Part shown: one piece after another, positions 43,829 to 52,748 of the stretch | Position numbering within the stretch: the stretch's first letter is position 1 | How the letters are laid out: each line of letters begins with the position of its first letter | DNA from: Coriobacteriales bacterium | Lineage (GTDB): Bacteria > Actinomycetota > Coriobacteriia > Coriobacteriales > UBA8131 | Reading direction: 5' to 3' | Assembly (NCBI GenBank): GCA_031277035.1 | Contig: JAISLY010000025.1 | Location: forward strand, 32,068 to 96,067 | DNA length: 64,000 nt | Program-made: the position numbers and the translations under genes | Notes under the pieces: model-generated | Databases searched by the model: none | What the model saw: only the letters and a program-made list of their open reading frames with translations | Told to the model about the DNA's origin: nothing

Positions 43829-44894
43829 AGCACGCCAGGTGAGAAGTGCCCGCAAGCAGGGCGGCCAGCGTCTCATTCAGAGGCTTTTTGACGGTAAAGC
43901 CCGCTGCGGCCCTGTGGCCGCCGCCGCCAAAGCGCCGGGCTATCGCCCCCACATCGCAGCTTCCCTTCGCACGCATGTTCACGCGCGTGGCATCGCCCTC
44001 CTGCCGCAGAAGAATGGCAATATCAATCCCCTTGACCGAGCGCAGGATGTTGGGCAGCCCTTCGCTTTCGTCGCGCTTGAGGCCAAGCTCGATAAAATCG
44101 TTCTCATCAACCCAGGAATAGACAACATGCCCCTCGTCGGCAAAGCCGATACGCGAAATCAGACGTGCGTCGAGCTCAAGTGCCGCCATGGGCTTTTGGT
44201 CATAGACCATCAAGTTGATGAAGGACGGCTCAACGCCTGCAGAAATCATCTCGGAGGCGGCGGCAAAGGTCTCGGCATCCGTGTTCTGAAAGGAGAAGCG
44301 CCCGGTATCGGTCACCAGAGCGACAAAGCAGCACTCGGCAATCCCCTTGCTGATTGGTATGCCGCTGGCCTTCAGCAGGCGCCAGATGAGGATGCCGGTC
44401 GCACAGGCGGAAGAATCGCCAAAATAGGCATCGGCAAAGCCGTTGTAGTCGGGGTGATGATCGATACAAAGCGTCCTTTTCGAGCGTTTGAAGACGCTCT
44501 GCGCATCTCCAAGCCGCTCAAGGTTGGGCGCATCGACGGAGACAAACAGGTCGGGCGCTCCCTCATAAGACGAGGCCGAAACAAATTCGTAGCCCTCCAG
44601 AAAGGTATACAGGCCCGGCGGAGGCGTATCCTGCGCCAGCAGGCTCGTTACCCGAAACCCCCGTGCACGCAGGAGCGCGGCTAAGGCGAGGTTTGAGCCC
44701 AGGGCATCGCCATCCGGATTGGTGTGCCCACAGACAACGGCTTCGCCGGGGCCGTCGAGAAAGGCGAGCGCCTCGGCAAGATTGATACTGTCTGGCAAAG
44801 GTTCCTCGCCGCTGCAATCTGGCAAGGGTTCCTCACCGCTGCAATCTGGCAAGGGTTCCTCACCGCTGCGGTCTGTCAAAGCTGCCTCACTCAT
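43821..44894 (-). CDS. nrnA: DHH/DHHA1 phosphoesterase (NrnA-like oligoribonuclease/pAp phosphatase)
   Basis: CGHTNPDGDALGS, IDHHPD and GGGHRAAAGF. The N-terminus carries a 3x SGEEPLPDC repeat. Confidence 0.8.
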   Translation of the reverse strand: MSEAALTDRSGEEPLPDCSGEEPLPDCSGEEPLPDSINLAEALAFLDGPGEAVVCGHTNPDGDALGSNLALAALLRARGFRVTSLLAQDTPPPGLYTFLEGYEFVSASSYEGAPDLFVSVDAPNLERLGDAQSVFKRSKRTLCIDHHPDYNGFADAYFGDSSACATGILIWRLLKASGIPISKGIAECCFVALVTDTGRFSFQNTDAETFAAASEMISAGVEPSFINLMVYDQKPMAALELDARLISRIGFADEGHVVYSWVDENDFIELGLKRDESEGLPNILRSVKGIDIAILLRQEGDATRVNMRAKGSCDVGAIARRFGGGGHRAAAGFTVKKPLNETLAALLAGTSHLACYE

Positions 44895-45268
44895 AGGGGA
44901 TAGCCCTCCTCATCCTTTGCAATGGCAAGCGTCTTCGGCGTGGTTGCCAAAGCCGCATTGATACGCTGAGCTGTATCGATGGCAGAATCCAGATAGAAAC
45001 GTAGCTCAGGGGTCACACGCCATGAGAGCCGCTGCCCCAGAAGCGAGCGAATACGCCCGCGCGCACTGGCAAGCCCCGCTTCGACTTCCTGGTATCGAGC
45101 CTGGTCAGCGGTGACAAAGACATTTGCGACGCTGCGATCCCTGGAGACTTCCACGCTGGTAATCGAGGTAAAGTCGAGCCGCGGGTCGGAAACCTCGGTC
45201 AGAAGAATGGCGGCCAAAGCCTCGCGCACGACCTCATTGAGCCTGCGTGACTGTGGAGTCTGCTTCAT
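44891..45268 (-). CDS. rbfA: Ribosome-binding factor A
   Basis: RLNEVVREALAAIL...DPRL...ITSVEVSRDRSVANVFV, and its position after infB. Confidence 0.9.
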   Translation of the reverse strand: MKQTPQSRRLNEVVREALAAILLTEVSDPRLDFTSITSVEVSRDRSVANVFVTADQARYQEVEAGLASARGRIRSLLGQRLSWRVTPELRFYLDSAIDTAQRINAALATTPKTLAIAKDEEGYPL

Positions 45269-45270
45269 GC

Positions 45271-48153
45271 CTATCCCTCCCGCGCGACTTCCCTCACCTG
45301 GTAACCCTCAAGCGTGTCACCTATCTTCACATCGGAGAAACCGGCGATACCGATACCGCATTCATACCCACTCTTGACACTCTTGACATCCTCCTTGAAG
45401 CGTCTGAGCGAATCGATTGCGCCCTCAAAGACGATGGCGCCATCGCGCACAACACGCAGGCGATCCTCGCGGCCTATCTCGCCCTCGGTAACAAAGCAGC
45501 CCGCGACGGTACCGACCTTCGGCACCTTGAACAACTCGCGAACCTCCGCGGCGCCGGTGTCCTCCTCCACAATCTCGGGTTTGAGCAGACCGACGCGCGC
45601 GGCGTTGATGTCGTCGATGGCCTGATAGATGACCCGGTAGGTCTTGATTTCGACCTTCTCCTTCTCCGCAAGCTGTCGCGCCTTGGGTTGCGGTCGGACG
45701 TTAAAGCCGATGATAATCGCATCCGAGGCGGCGGCGAGCACGACGTCGGTCTCGGTGATGCCGCCAACGGCCGAATGGATGACATTGATACGAACTTCGC
45801 TTTGGTCCATCTTGTCAAGCGCGTCCTGCAGGGCCTCGATGGAGCCCTGGACGTCGGCCTTGACCACAAGGTTCAGTTCGCTTATGCCCTCTCCGATACG
45901 GGCGAAGAGATCCTCAAGCGAGGCGTGGCCCTTCTGCTGCTGCTCGGCCAGACGCTTGCGCAGCGCACGGTCCTCAGCGAGGTTGCGGGCGTCGCGTTCG
46001 TCGCCAAAGACGCGAAACTCGTCGCCAGCATCCGGCACGCTGCCCAGGCCAAGTATCTCGACCGGGTCGGCCGGACGGGCGCTTTCGACCATATTGCCCT
46101 TTGGATCAACCAGTGCGCGCACCCGACCATGTGCGGTACCGACGACCACCGCGTCGCCGCCCTTGAGGGTTCCGCGCTGCACAAGCACGGTAGCGACTGG
46201 CCCGCGGCCCTTGTCCAGTTTTGCCTCGATGACAAAGCCAGATGCCAGCGCGTGCGGATTGGCCTGCAACTCCAGCACATCGGCCTGCAGCAAAATGGTC
46301 TCAAGCAGATCGTCGATGCCGGTGCGCTGCTTTGCGCTGACCTCGACGAACATATTCTGTCCGCCCCACTCCTCGGGGACAATGTTATGTTCGGTGAGTT
46401 CCTGGCGCACCCGCTCGGGGTTTGCTCCCGGCTTGTCAACCTTGTTCACGGCGACGACAATCGGAACGCCCGCAGCCTCGGCGTGGTGGATGGCTTCAAC
46501 GGTCTGAGGCATCACGCCGTCGTCGGCGGCAACGACCAGAACAACGACGTCGGTCACCTTCGCACCGCGCGCGCGCATGGCCGTAAATGCCTCATGGCCC
46601 GGCGTGTCGATGAAGGTGATCTGGCGCTCCTTTATCTCGACGACCGAAGCGCCGATATGCTGGGTGATGCCGCCCGCCTCAGTGGCAACAACGCCGGTCG
46701 AACGGATGGCGTCGAGAAGCGAGGTCTTGCCGTGATCGACATGGCCCATGACCGTGACCACCGGCGGGCGCGGGGACATATCCTCGGGGGCGTCCACGTC
46801 GTGGATGGCGTACTCCTCCTCGGGCGAGACAATGCGCACCGTACGGCCCATATCCTCGGCAATCAGTTCCACAAGATCGTCGGTCATCGTCTGTGTCACC
46901 GTAAGCGGGGCGCTCAGCAAAAACAGTCGTTTGACAATGTCATTCGCTGAGACCTTCAGCAAATCGGCAAATTCCTGAACCGTCACACCAGTTGTTACCT
47001 GCACAAACGAGTCGTCGAGGAGAAGTTCGGGGTCGATGCCCTTCTCGATGGCCTCCGCCTCGGCCTTCTCCCGCGCCTCGTCCTCACGCTTCTTCTTACG
47101 CTTCTGGCGGCGACCCTCGCCCTCGCCCGTCGCGGCTGCCACCGCGGCGCGCGCATCGGCCAGCACGCGGTCGCGCTGGAGTTTCTCCGCTACCTCGGCC
47201 ATCTTCCGATAGCGGTCGACGCCGACCGCACCATCTTCATCGCTGCTGGCAAAGGCATCAAAGTCCTCAAGGCCCTCAAGGCTGCGGTTGCTCGCACGAC
47301 CCTTCCCCTTACGACTTTTCTGGCGAGAGGAAAGATCGCCGGCCTCGCCCTCTTCCTGTCGACCTTCCGCGCCAGCTGCCTTACGGGCGGCTCGGCCGCG
47401 CGGCGTCTCGTCCGTCTCCACAGACAGACGTGCCGCGCCTGCAGTGCGCGCCGCCTCGACGCCCGCGCCTGCTCCGGTGCCTGCAGTGCGCGCCGCCTCG
47501 ACGCCCGTGCCCGTGCCTGCACCTGCTTCGGCGCCTGCTCCGGCACCTGCTCCGGCGCCGCCCTCAACGCCAATCTGAACGTCGCCCGCATCCGGGGACA
47601 GCGCGTCTGAGGCGGCTGCTTCACCACGGCCCTTCTGGCCCGCAGAACGGGTTGTTGCCCTGGTCACCTGCTCGGTCTTCTCGGCTTCAAGGCGGTTATG
47701 TTCCGCCTCTATTTGGGAGAGCAGCCCGGCAAAGGGTTTGATAACTTTCTTCTCAGGCTCCTCCTCGCGTGCAGAATCGGAAGCCTCGGCCTCATCTGTC
47801 GCAGCGGCATCGGCACTGTCCTCGGCAGCCTGGGCCTCACGGGCAAGCCGTTCCTGCTCACGCAAAGCCCGCTCCTTTTGCACCGCGGCCTTGCGCTCAG
47901 CCTCCTCAATCTCGCGCGCTTTCTGCTCCTCTTCGACCAGCCGCGCCTCCTCCTCGATGCGCTTTGCCTCAAGTTGCGCGGTGCGCTCGGCAATTATCGG
48001 GGCGAGCTTTTTCTTGATGCGGTCGACGTAGGCGTCCTCAAGGGTCGAGGCGTGGTTTTTGACGGGAACCTTCATCTCGATTAGAAGTTCGAGGAACTCC
48101 TTGGAGTCGATGTTGAGTTCCTTGGCCAGTTCATGCACACGGGTCTTCGCCAT
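45271..48153 (-). CDS. infB: Translation initiation factor IF-2
   Basis: [28 protein letters not shown] and NKVDK. Long low-complexity N-terminal region. Confidence 0.95.
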   Translation of the reverse strand: MAKTRVHELAKELNIDSKEFLELLIEMKVPVKNHASTLEDAYVDRIKKKLAPIIAERTAQLEAKRIEEEARLVEEEQKAREIEEAERKAAVQKERALREQERLAREAQAAEDSADAAATDEAEASDSAREEEPEKKVIKPFAGLLSQIEAEHNRLEAEKTEQVTRATTRSAGQKGRGEAAASDALSPDAGDVQIGVEGGAGAGAGAGAEAGAGTGTGVEAARTAGTGAGAGVEAARTAGAARLSVETDETPRGRAARKAAGAEGRQEEGEAGDLSSRQKSRKGKGRASNRSLEGLEDFDAFASSDEDGAVGVDRYRKMAEVAEKLQRDRVLADARAAVAAATGEGEGRRQKRKKKREDEAREKAEAEAIEKGIDPELLLDDSFVQVTTGVTVQEFADLLKVSANDIVKRLFLLSAPLTVTQTMTDDLVELIAEDMGRTVRIVSPEEEYAIHDVDAPEDMSPRPPVVTVMGHVDHGKTSLLDAIRSTGVVATEAGGITQHIGASVVEIKERQITFIDTPGHEAFTAMRARGAKVTDVVVLVVAADDGVMPQTVEAIHHAEAAGVPIVVAVNKVDKPGANPERVRQELTEHNIVPEEWGGQNMFVEVSAKQRTGIDDLLETILLQADVLELQANPHALASGFVIEAKLDKGRGPVATVLVQRGTLKGGDAVVVGTAHGRVRALVDPKGNMVESARPADPVEILGLGSVPDAGDEFRVFGDERDARNLAEDRALRKRLAEQQQKGHASLEDLFARIGEGISELNLVVKADVQGSIEALQDALDKMDQSEVRINVIHSAVGGITETDVVLAAASDAIIIGFNVRPQPKARQLAEKEKVEIKTYRVIYQAIDDINAARVGLLKPEIVEEDTGAAEVRELFKVPKVGTVAGCFVTEGEIGREDRLRVVRDGAIVFEGAIDSLRRFKEDVKSVKSGYECGIGIAGFSDVKIGDTLEGYQVREVAREG

Positions 48154-48156
48154 AGC

Positions 48157-48492
48157 TCACTGCTCCTCAGGCATCTTCAGCGTCAGAAAATCCAAAAACT
48201 CAGTCTCAAGACGCTTGTAATCTTCAGTGCCGATCGCCACACGCAGGGCCCGCTCAAACATACGGCCCTTACGCGCCTTCTCAAAACAGGCCCCCTTGGC
48301 ACAGACATAGGCGCCCCGTCCGGCCCTGCGTCTGGTCGCATCGATACCCACGATGCCCTGCGCATCGCGCACGAAGCGCACCAGCGCAGTCTTTTCCGCA
48401 GTGCGTCGACAGGCGATGCAGCTGCGCTGCGCGATGCGGTTGCGCCGCGCCTTCGTGGGGGCCGGAGCCGAATAGGTACGCTCGGCAGACAC
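48157..48492 (-). CDS. ylxR: YlxR/DUF448 family RNA-binding protein
   Basis: RSCIACRRTAEKTALVRFV...GRGAYVC. Canonical nusA-ylxR-infB position. Confidence 0.8.
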   Translation of the reverse strand: MSAERTYSAPAPTKARRNRIAQRSCIACRRTAEKTALVRFVRDAQGIVGIDATRRRAGRGAYVCAKGACFEKARKGRMFERALRVAIGTEDYKRLETEFLDFLTLKMPEEQ

Positions 48493-49856
48493 TAGATGAG
48501 CTCCTCTTCTCCATCGGTGGGCGCGGCGGCGTCGGCTGCGGCGGCGTCGGGCGCGGCCTCTGCGGGCGCGGCCTCTGCGGCAGCGTCCTTCGCGGCGTCC
48601 TTCGCGGCAGCCACGTTCTCGGCCTCCTCCACCGCATCGTTCGCAGCTCCAAGCGCAGCGTTTTCATGGATACGACAAAAACGCGAGCCCTCCCGCGCGT
48701 GGTTGCGGCAGCGGATGCCATCAGGGGAGATGTACTCGCAGCGCCCGTCCTCGCTCTCGTTTGGCTCCTCCTCATCAAAAAGCGTATGCACCACCGAGGG
48801 CAGATCGCTGAGCAGCGAAGCGCTCTTGATGTCGATGTGCCAGCCGGTCAGGCGCGCGGCGAGACGGGCGTTTTGGCCCTCCTTGCCGATGGCCAGTGAG
48901 AGTTGGTCGTCAGGCACGATGACGGTCGCATAATGCGTCGCCTCATCGACGATGACATTGGTCACCTTGGCCGGCGAAAGCGCATTGGCAACAAAGGCGG
49001 AGGGGCTCTCGTCCCACTGGATAACGTCTACGCGCTCGTTACGCAGCTCCTCGACGACCATGCGCACGCGCGAACCCTTCGGGCCTACGCAGGCACCCAC
49101 CGGATCGAGGTTGCTCTCACGCGAAGAGACCGCGACCTTTGAGCGCGCCCCGGCCTCTCGGGCAATCGACTTGATCTCAACAATCCCGTCGTATATCTCC
49201 GGCACCTCGATTTCAAAGAGCCGACGGATCAGGTCGGGATGTGTGCGACTCACGACGATAGAGGGCCGCGTGTTTTCCGAGCGCCCGCTGCTCTCCATGA
49301 TATTGGGGTCGCGAACCTCGATGATAAGCGACTTGAGCCGCTGGTTGTGGCGGTAGTGTTCGTTCGTGGGCTTCTCATTACGCTCAGAGGAGTGGCGTTT
49401 GGTGTCAAAATGCGGCAGCTCGGCCTCCACGCCCTCGCGGATTTTGATGATGGTGAAGTCGGGCGTGGATTGCAGCACCGTGCCGGTTACCAGCTCGCCC
49501 TTGCGGTCAGAAAACTCCGAGAAAATCGCCTGCCGTGCCGCGTCGCGCACGATGGACATGATGACGTTCTTGGCGTTTTGCGCCGCAATACGGCTGACAT
49601 CGCCCGGTGTCACATCGCGCTCCTCAAAGGCGCTGTACTCGCCGGTCTCCTCGTCGGGCTCGCCAACGGGGACAATCTCATACACATAGATGGCGCCGGT
49701 CGCGCGATCGATGGTTACGCGGGCGTCCCATTCGAGTTTAAGAATGCTCTCGTAACTCTTCGCAAGTGACTGCTCCAGGCGTTCGAGCAGGTACATCTCG
49801 TCAATATTCTTCTCGGCGGCCAGCGCTTCAAGCGCGGACATGAGCTCAGATGACAT
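48492..49856 (-). CDS. nusA: Transcription termination/antitermination factor NusA with a Cys/His-containing acidic C-terminal tail
   Basis: S1 and KH regions ([50 protein letters not shown]). The start is probably MSSELMSAL at 49856. Confidence 0.9.
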   Translation of the reverse strand: MSSELMSALEALAAEKNIDEMYLLERLEQSLAKSYESILKLEWDARVTIDRATGAIYVYEIVPVGEPDEETGEYSAFEERDVTPGDVSRIAAQNAKNVIMSIVRDAARQAIFSEFSDRKGELVTGTVLQSTPDFTIIKIREGVEAELPHFDTKRHSSERNEKPTNEHYRHNQRLKSLIIEVRDPNIMESSGRSENTRPSIVVSRTHPDLIRRLFEIEVPEIYDGIVEIKSIAREAGARSKVAVSSRESNLDPVGACVGPKGSRVRMVVEELRNERVDVIQWDESPSAFVANALSPAKVTNVIVDEATHYATVIVPDDQLSLAIGKEGQNARLAARLTGWHIDIKSASLLSDLPSVVHTLFDEEEPNESEDGRCEYISPDGIRCRNHAREGSRFCRIHENAALGAANDAVEEAENVAAAKDAAKDAAAEAAPAEAAPDAAAADAAAPTDGEEELI

Positions 49857-50385
49857 CCTGGTCCCTTTCTTTGAAGTCGACACGCCCCTTTACGTGTGCC
49901 TTCCTTATCTTCCCGTACGGTATGCGGTGCACGGTCCCTGCGATGTTGAGCAGGATGAGCGCCTCCCCCTCGCGGGCATCCTCTGCGCCCGCAGGCCGAA
50001 CAGGAACATCCTCGAGGCCCACAAGCTCGCCCGTCCAGCTTCTCCGCCCCTCGAAAGACTCAGTCGCGAGGTGCACGGTCTCGCCCACAAAGCGCGCAAA
50101 GTGAGCCGTCGTGCGCAGCGGGCGGTCGATGCCGGGCGAGGAGACCTCCAGGGTGTAGCGACCCGATACGGGGTCAAGCTCCTCGACCACCGGGCCTACC
50201 CAGGCGTTCGCCTCAGCAAGCGCATCGATTCCAAGGCCGCCGGCCTCGGGGGCGCGGTCAAGAAAGACGCGCACGACACGAGCGCCCTGAGCGCCGCTAA
50301 TCTGGAGATCCACGAGCTCGAAGCCATGCGCAGCCGCAACGCTCTCGAGTATCTCCAACAAGGCCTGTTCCTTCTTCGTGCGCAT
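49846..50385 (-). CDS. rimP: Ribosome maturation factor RimP
   Basis: GFELVDLQISG...RVFLD...YTLEVSSPGIDRPL, and its position upstream of nusA. Confidence 0.85.
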   Translation of the reverse strand: MRTKKEQALLEILESVAAAHGFELVDLQISGAQGARVVRVFLDRAPEAGGLGIDALAEANAWVGPVVEELDPVSGRYTLEVSSPGIDRPLRTTAHFARFVGETVHLATESFEGRRSWTGELVGLEDVPVRPAGAEDAREGEALILLNIAGTVHRIPYGKIRKAHVKGRVDFKERDQDVI

Positions 50386-50813
50386 CCCTGTTCCAGCCAG
50401 CTTTCCATCCCCGACTGCCCTGTACCAACACCGCTCCGCGAGCCTTCGTGCCCGCCGTGTCCGGCGTGCCTGGCCCCGCCCGCCTCCCTAACAAAAGAAA
50501 GCGGGATAAATCCCACTTCCTCGAGGTCGGCCAGCATCGGCCACATATCCCAAAAGCCCGCAAGGAACCCCGCGCTTCATCCCCGCGGAGAAACACAGCC
50601 TCTCTTATACCACATTACGCCTCACCTGGCAATTATACTGCACCCGCCAGGCGAGGTCATGGACGGAGTCTTTACAGACAGGCAGCCAGTTATATATCTG
50701 ATTTGACCAGTTGTATCAGCGGCAGCATCCTTGCGGTAGCCTTGCCTATACTGCTTGTGTGCACAACAGGGTTATCCGCAGATGAGCGCAGATGAGCGCA
50801 GTACGGAGCGAGC

Positions 50814-51266
50814 ATGGATTACACACTGGAGATAGTTATCGACGAGCAGGCGAAGGTGCCGCGCCTTGTCATCTACACCGCCTGGCTCACCGACGAGGTG
50901 CAACAGCTGGCACGGCGGCTCGGCGCGGGCGCAAAAGGTTGCGACCGGCTGCTCGGCTACCGCGAGGAAGATGTGGTGCTCCTTGAGCCGGACGAGGTGT
51001 ACAGCTTCTTCACGCAGGGTCAGACCGTGCAGGCGCGCATCAAGGGGAGCACCGTCCGGGTCAAGCACCGCCTCTACGAGCTGGAAGAAATGCTTGCGGG
51101 CACGTCCTTTATCCGCATCTCAAACGCCGAGATTGTGAACTTTAAGAAGGTACGTAGCTTTGAGCTCAGTATCGCTGGCACCATCAGTCTGCGCCTGAGC
51201 GACGGCTCGTGCTCCTATGTCTCGCGCCGCAACGTCAAGGCCATCAAGGAGTACCTGGGTATCTGA
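50814..51266 (+). CDS. LytTR-domain DNA-binding protein
   Basis: LYELEEMLAGTSFIRISNAEIVNFKKV...LRLSDGSCSYVSRRNVKAIKEYL. Confidence 0.75.
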   Translation: MDYTLEIVIDEQAKVPRLVIYTAWLTDEVQQLARRLGAGAKGCDRLLGYREEDVVLLEPDEVYSFFTQGQTVQARIKGSTVRVKHRLYELEEMLAGTSFIRISNAEIVNFKKVRSFELSIAGTISLRLSDGSCSYVSRRNVKAIKEYLGI

Positions 51267-51333
51267 GGGTTATAGAGCTATCGCGTGATTATGGGAACAC
51301 CGTTGAGGAACTATCGAGGAATCGAGGAACATC

Positions 51334-51918
51334 ATGAAAACAACCGCCCACAGCAACAACGACAATAGCAGCAGCAACAACAATAGCAACAACAGCAACG
51401 GCAACGGCGGCGGCAACAGTCGCATCGCCAAAGCTCGCAGTGCCGACAGGGGCGCTACCAACATCAGGAAGGCCATCATCACGCGGACGTTGCTGGGCTT
51501 TCCACTGGGGATAGCGATAGGCGTTGTCATCCTGCTCGGCGTGTCGTTTGCCGCTGGCGACGGCAGGCTGCATCCGGTGACACCTGCCATGCTCGCATGG
51601 ATGCCCGACGAGCTGACCGCATCCTTCTGGCAGTTTGTCCTCTGCGGCATCCTCGGCGCAGCCTGCTCGGGCTCCTCCCCCATTTTCGAGATCGGACACT
51701 GGAGCCTGACGCGTCAGACCGTCGTCCATTTCCTGGTGCTCATGAGCGTCCTCATCACCGTCGCAAGCGTCTGTGGCTGGACCTCTCCCGCCGGCTTCAG
51801 CTTCGAGGGCACACTCCTCTACCTGGCGATTGCCGCCCTCGTCTACCTCGTCATCTGGACAAGCATGACCCTGTACTGGCGGAACTGGGTAAAAAAGGCA
51901 AACGCCCGCCTCAAGTGA
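51334..51918 (+). CDS. DUF3021-like small membrane protein (usual LytTR partner) with an N/S-rich N-terminus
   Basis: Four predicted TM helices, sitting immediately downstream of the LytTR gene. The assignment rests on context and topology only. Confidence 0.5.
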   Translation: MKTTAHSNNDNSSSNNNSNNSNGNGGGNSRIAKARSADRGATNIRKAIITRTLLGFPLGIAIGVVILLGVSFAAGDGRLHPVTPAMLAWMPDELTASFWQFVLCGILGAACSGSSPIFEIGHWSLTRQTVVHFLVLMSVLITVASVCGWTSPAGFSFEGTLLYLAIAALVYLVIWTSMTLYWRNWVKKANARLK

Positions 51919-52088
51919 AGGCGCGTATGTATCGGTCGTGCCTTACTCTGGTTCTGGTCGGCGTTTGACTCGGTTGCTCTCAGTCGTGACGGCGCTCAGA
52001 AGAACATCCTGTCACCGAATAATGTATGAAAACATCAAGAATACTGATAGAATATCTTCAGCGTATTGAACGTCGAAGGGAATGCCCC

Positions 52089-52361
52089 ATGCCACAAATC
52101 AAGAGCAGCACCGACTTGAGGAACAACTACAACGACATCTCGATATTCTGTCACGAAAGCGCTGAGCCGGTTTTCATCACAAAAAACGGACGAGGCGACC
52201 TGGCGGTCATGAGCATCGATCTCTACGAGGATTTGGTCGCACAACGGGAGCTTCACGAATTGCTTGACAGCGGCTTACGGGATATTAGCGCTGGCAGAAC
52301 ACAACCTGCCGGGAAAGTCTTTGCCGCGCTGAGAGCCGACTTGGACAATGACACATTATAG
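52089..52361 (+). CDS. Type II antitoxin, Phd/YefM-RelB type
   Basis: MPQIKSSTDLRNNYNDISIFCHESAEPVFITKNGRGDLAVMSIDLYE. Overlaps the toxin gene by 14 nt. Confidence 0.75.
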   Translation: MPQIKSSTDLRNNYNDISIFCHESAEPVFITKNGRGDLAVMSIDLYEDLVAQRELHELLDSGLRDISAGRTQPAGKVFAALRADLDNDTL

Positions 52362-52662
52362 CGTCGAACTGTCCAAAAGTGCCGAGTTGGATCTCCGGGA
52401 AACCATGCACTACATCTCGGAGAACCTTAAAGCACCAGCGGCGGCAAAAAGACTGCTGGATGAAATCGAGCGGGCAGTTAAAAACCTTGAGGAAAATCCA
52501 GCCAGATGCGCCCTTGCCCGCGACAAGCGCCTGGCCGATTCTGGCCACCGTTGGATTAAAGCAAAGAACTACCTCGTTTTCTTTGTTATCGACGAGAACA
52601 GCAAAACCGTGATGGTTTCCAGAATACTTTACGGAAGAAGAAATTGGGCGCACCTTTTGTAA
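52348..52662 (+). CDS. Type II toxin, RelE/ParE family
   Basis: YSVELSKSAELDLRETMHYI...YLVFFVIDENSKTVMVSRILYGRRN. Confidence 0.8.
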   Translation: MTHYSVELSKSAELDLRETMHYISENLKAPAAAKRLLDEIERAVKNLEENPARCALARDKRLADSGHRWIKAKNYLVFFVIDENSKTVMVSRILYGRRNWAHLL

Positions 52663-52748
52663 GCGACTTCAATCGCTTGCAAGCTGGCAGGTACTCTGCT
52701 TGGACACAGATCGGACGGGAGCCGGGGGCGCCTCCGAAGGCCACGGGC

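Noticed and set aside
45247-46950. 567-aa plus-strand ORF
   Set aside because: It is the antisense shadow of infB. The same reasoning applies to these shadow ORFs:
- 11696..13153 (copA)
- 15269..16405 (kinase)
- 29263..30783 (trpB)
- 36331..37827 (reductase)
- 43731..44684 (nrnA)
- 56279..57268 (miaA)
- 57556..58527 (miaB)
- 60375..61253 (rnhB)
- 62748..63575 (comM)
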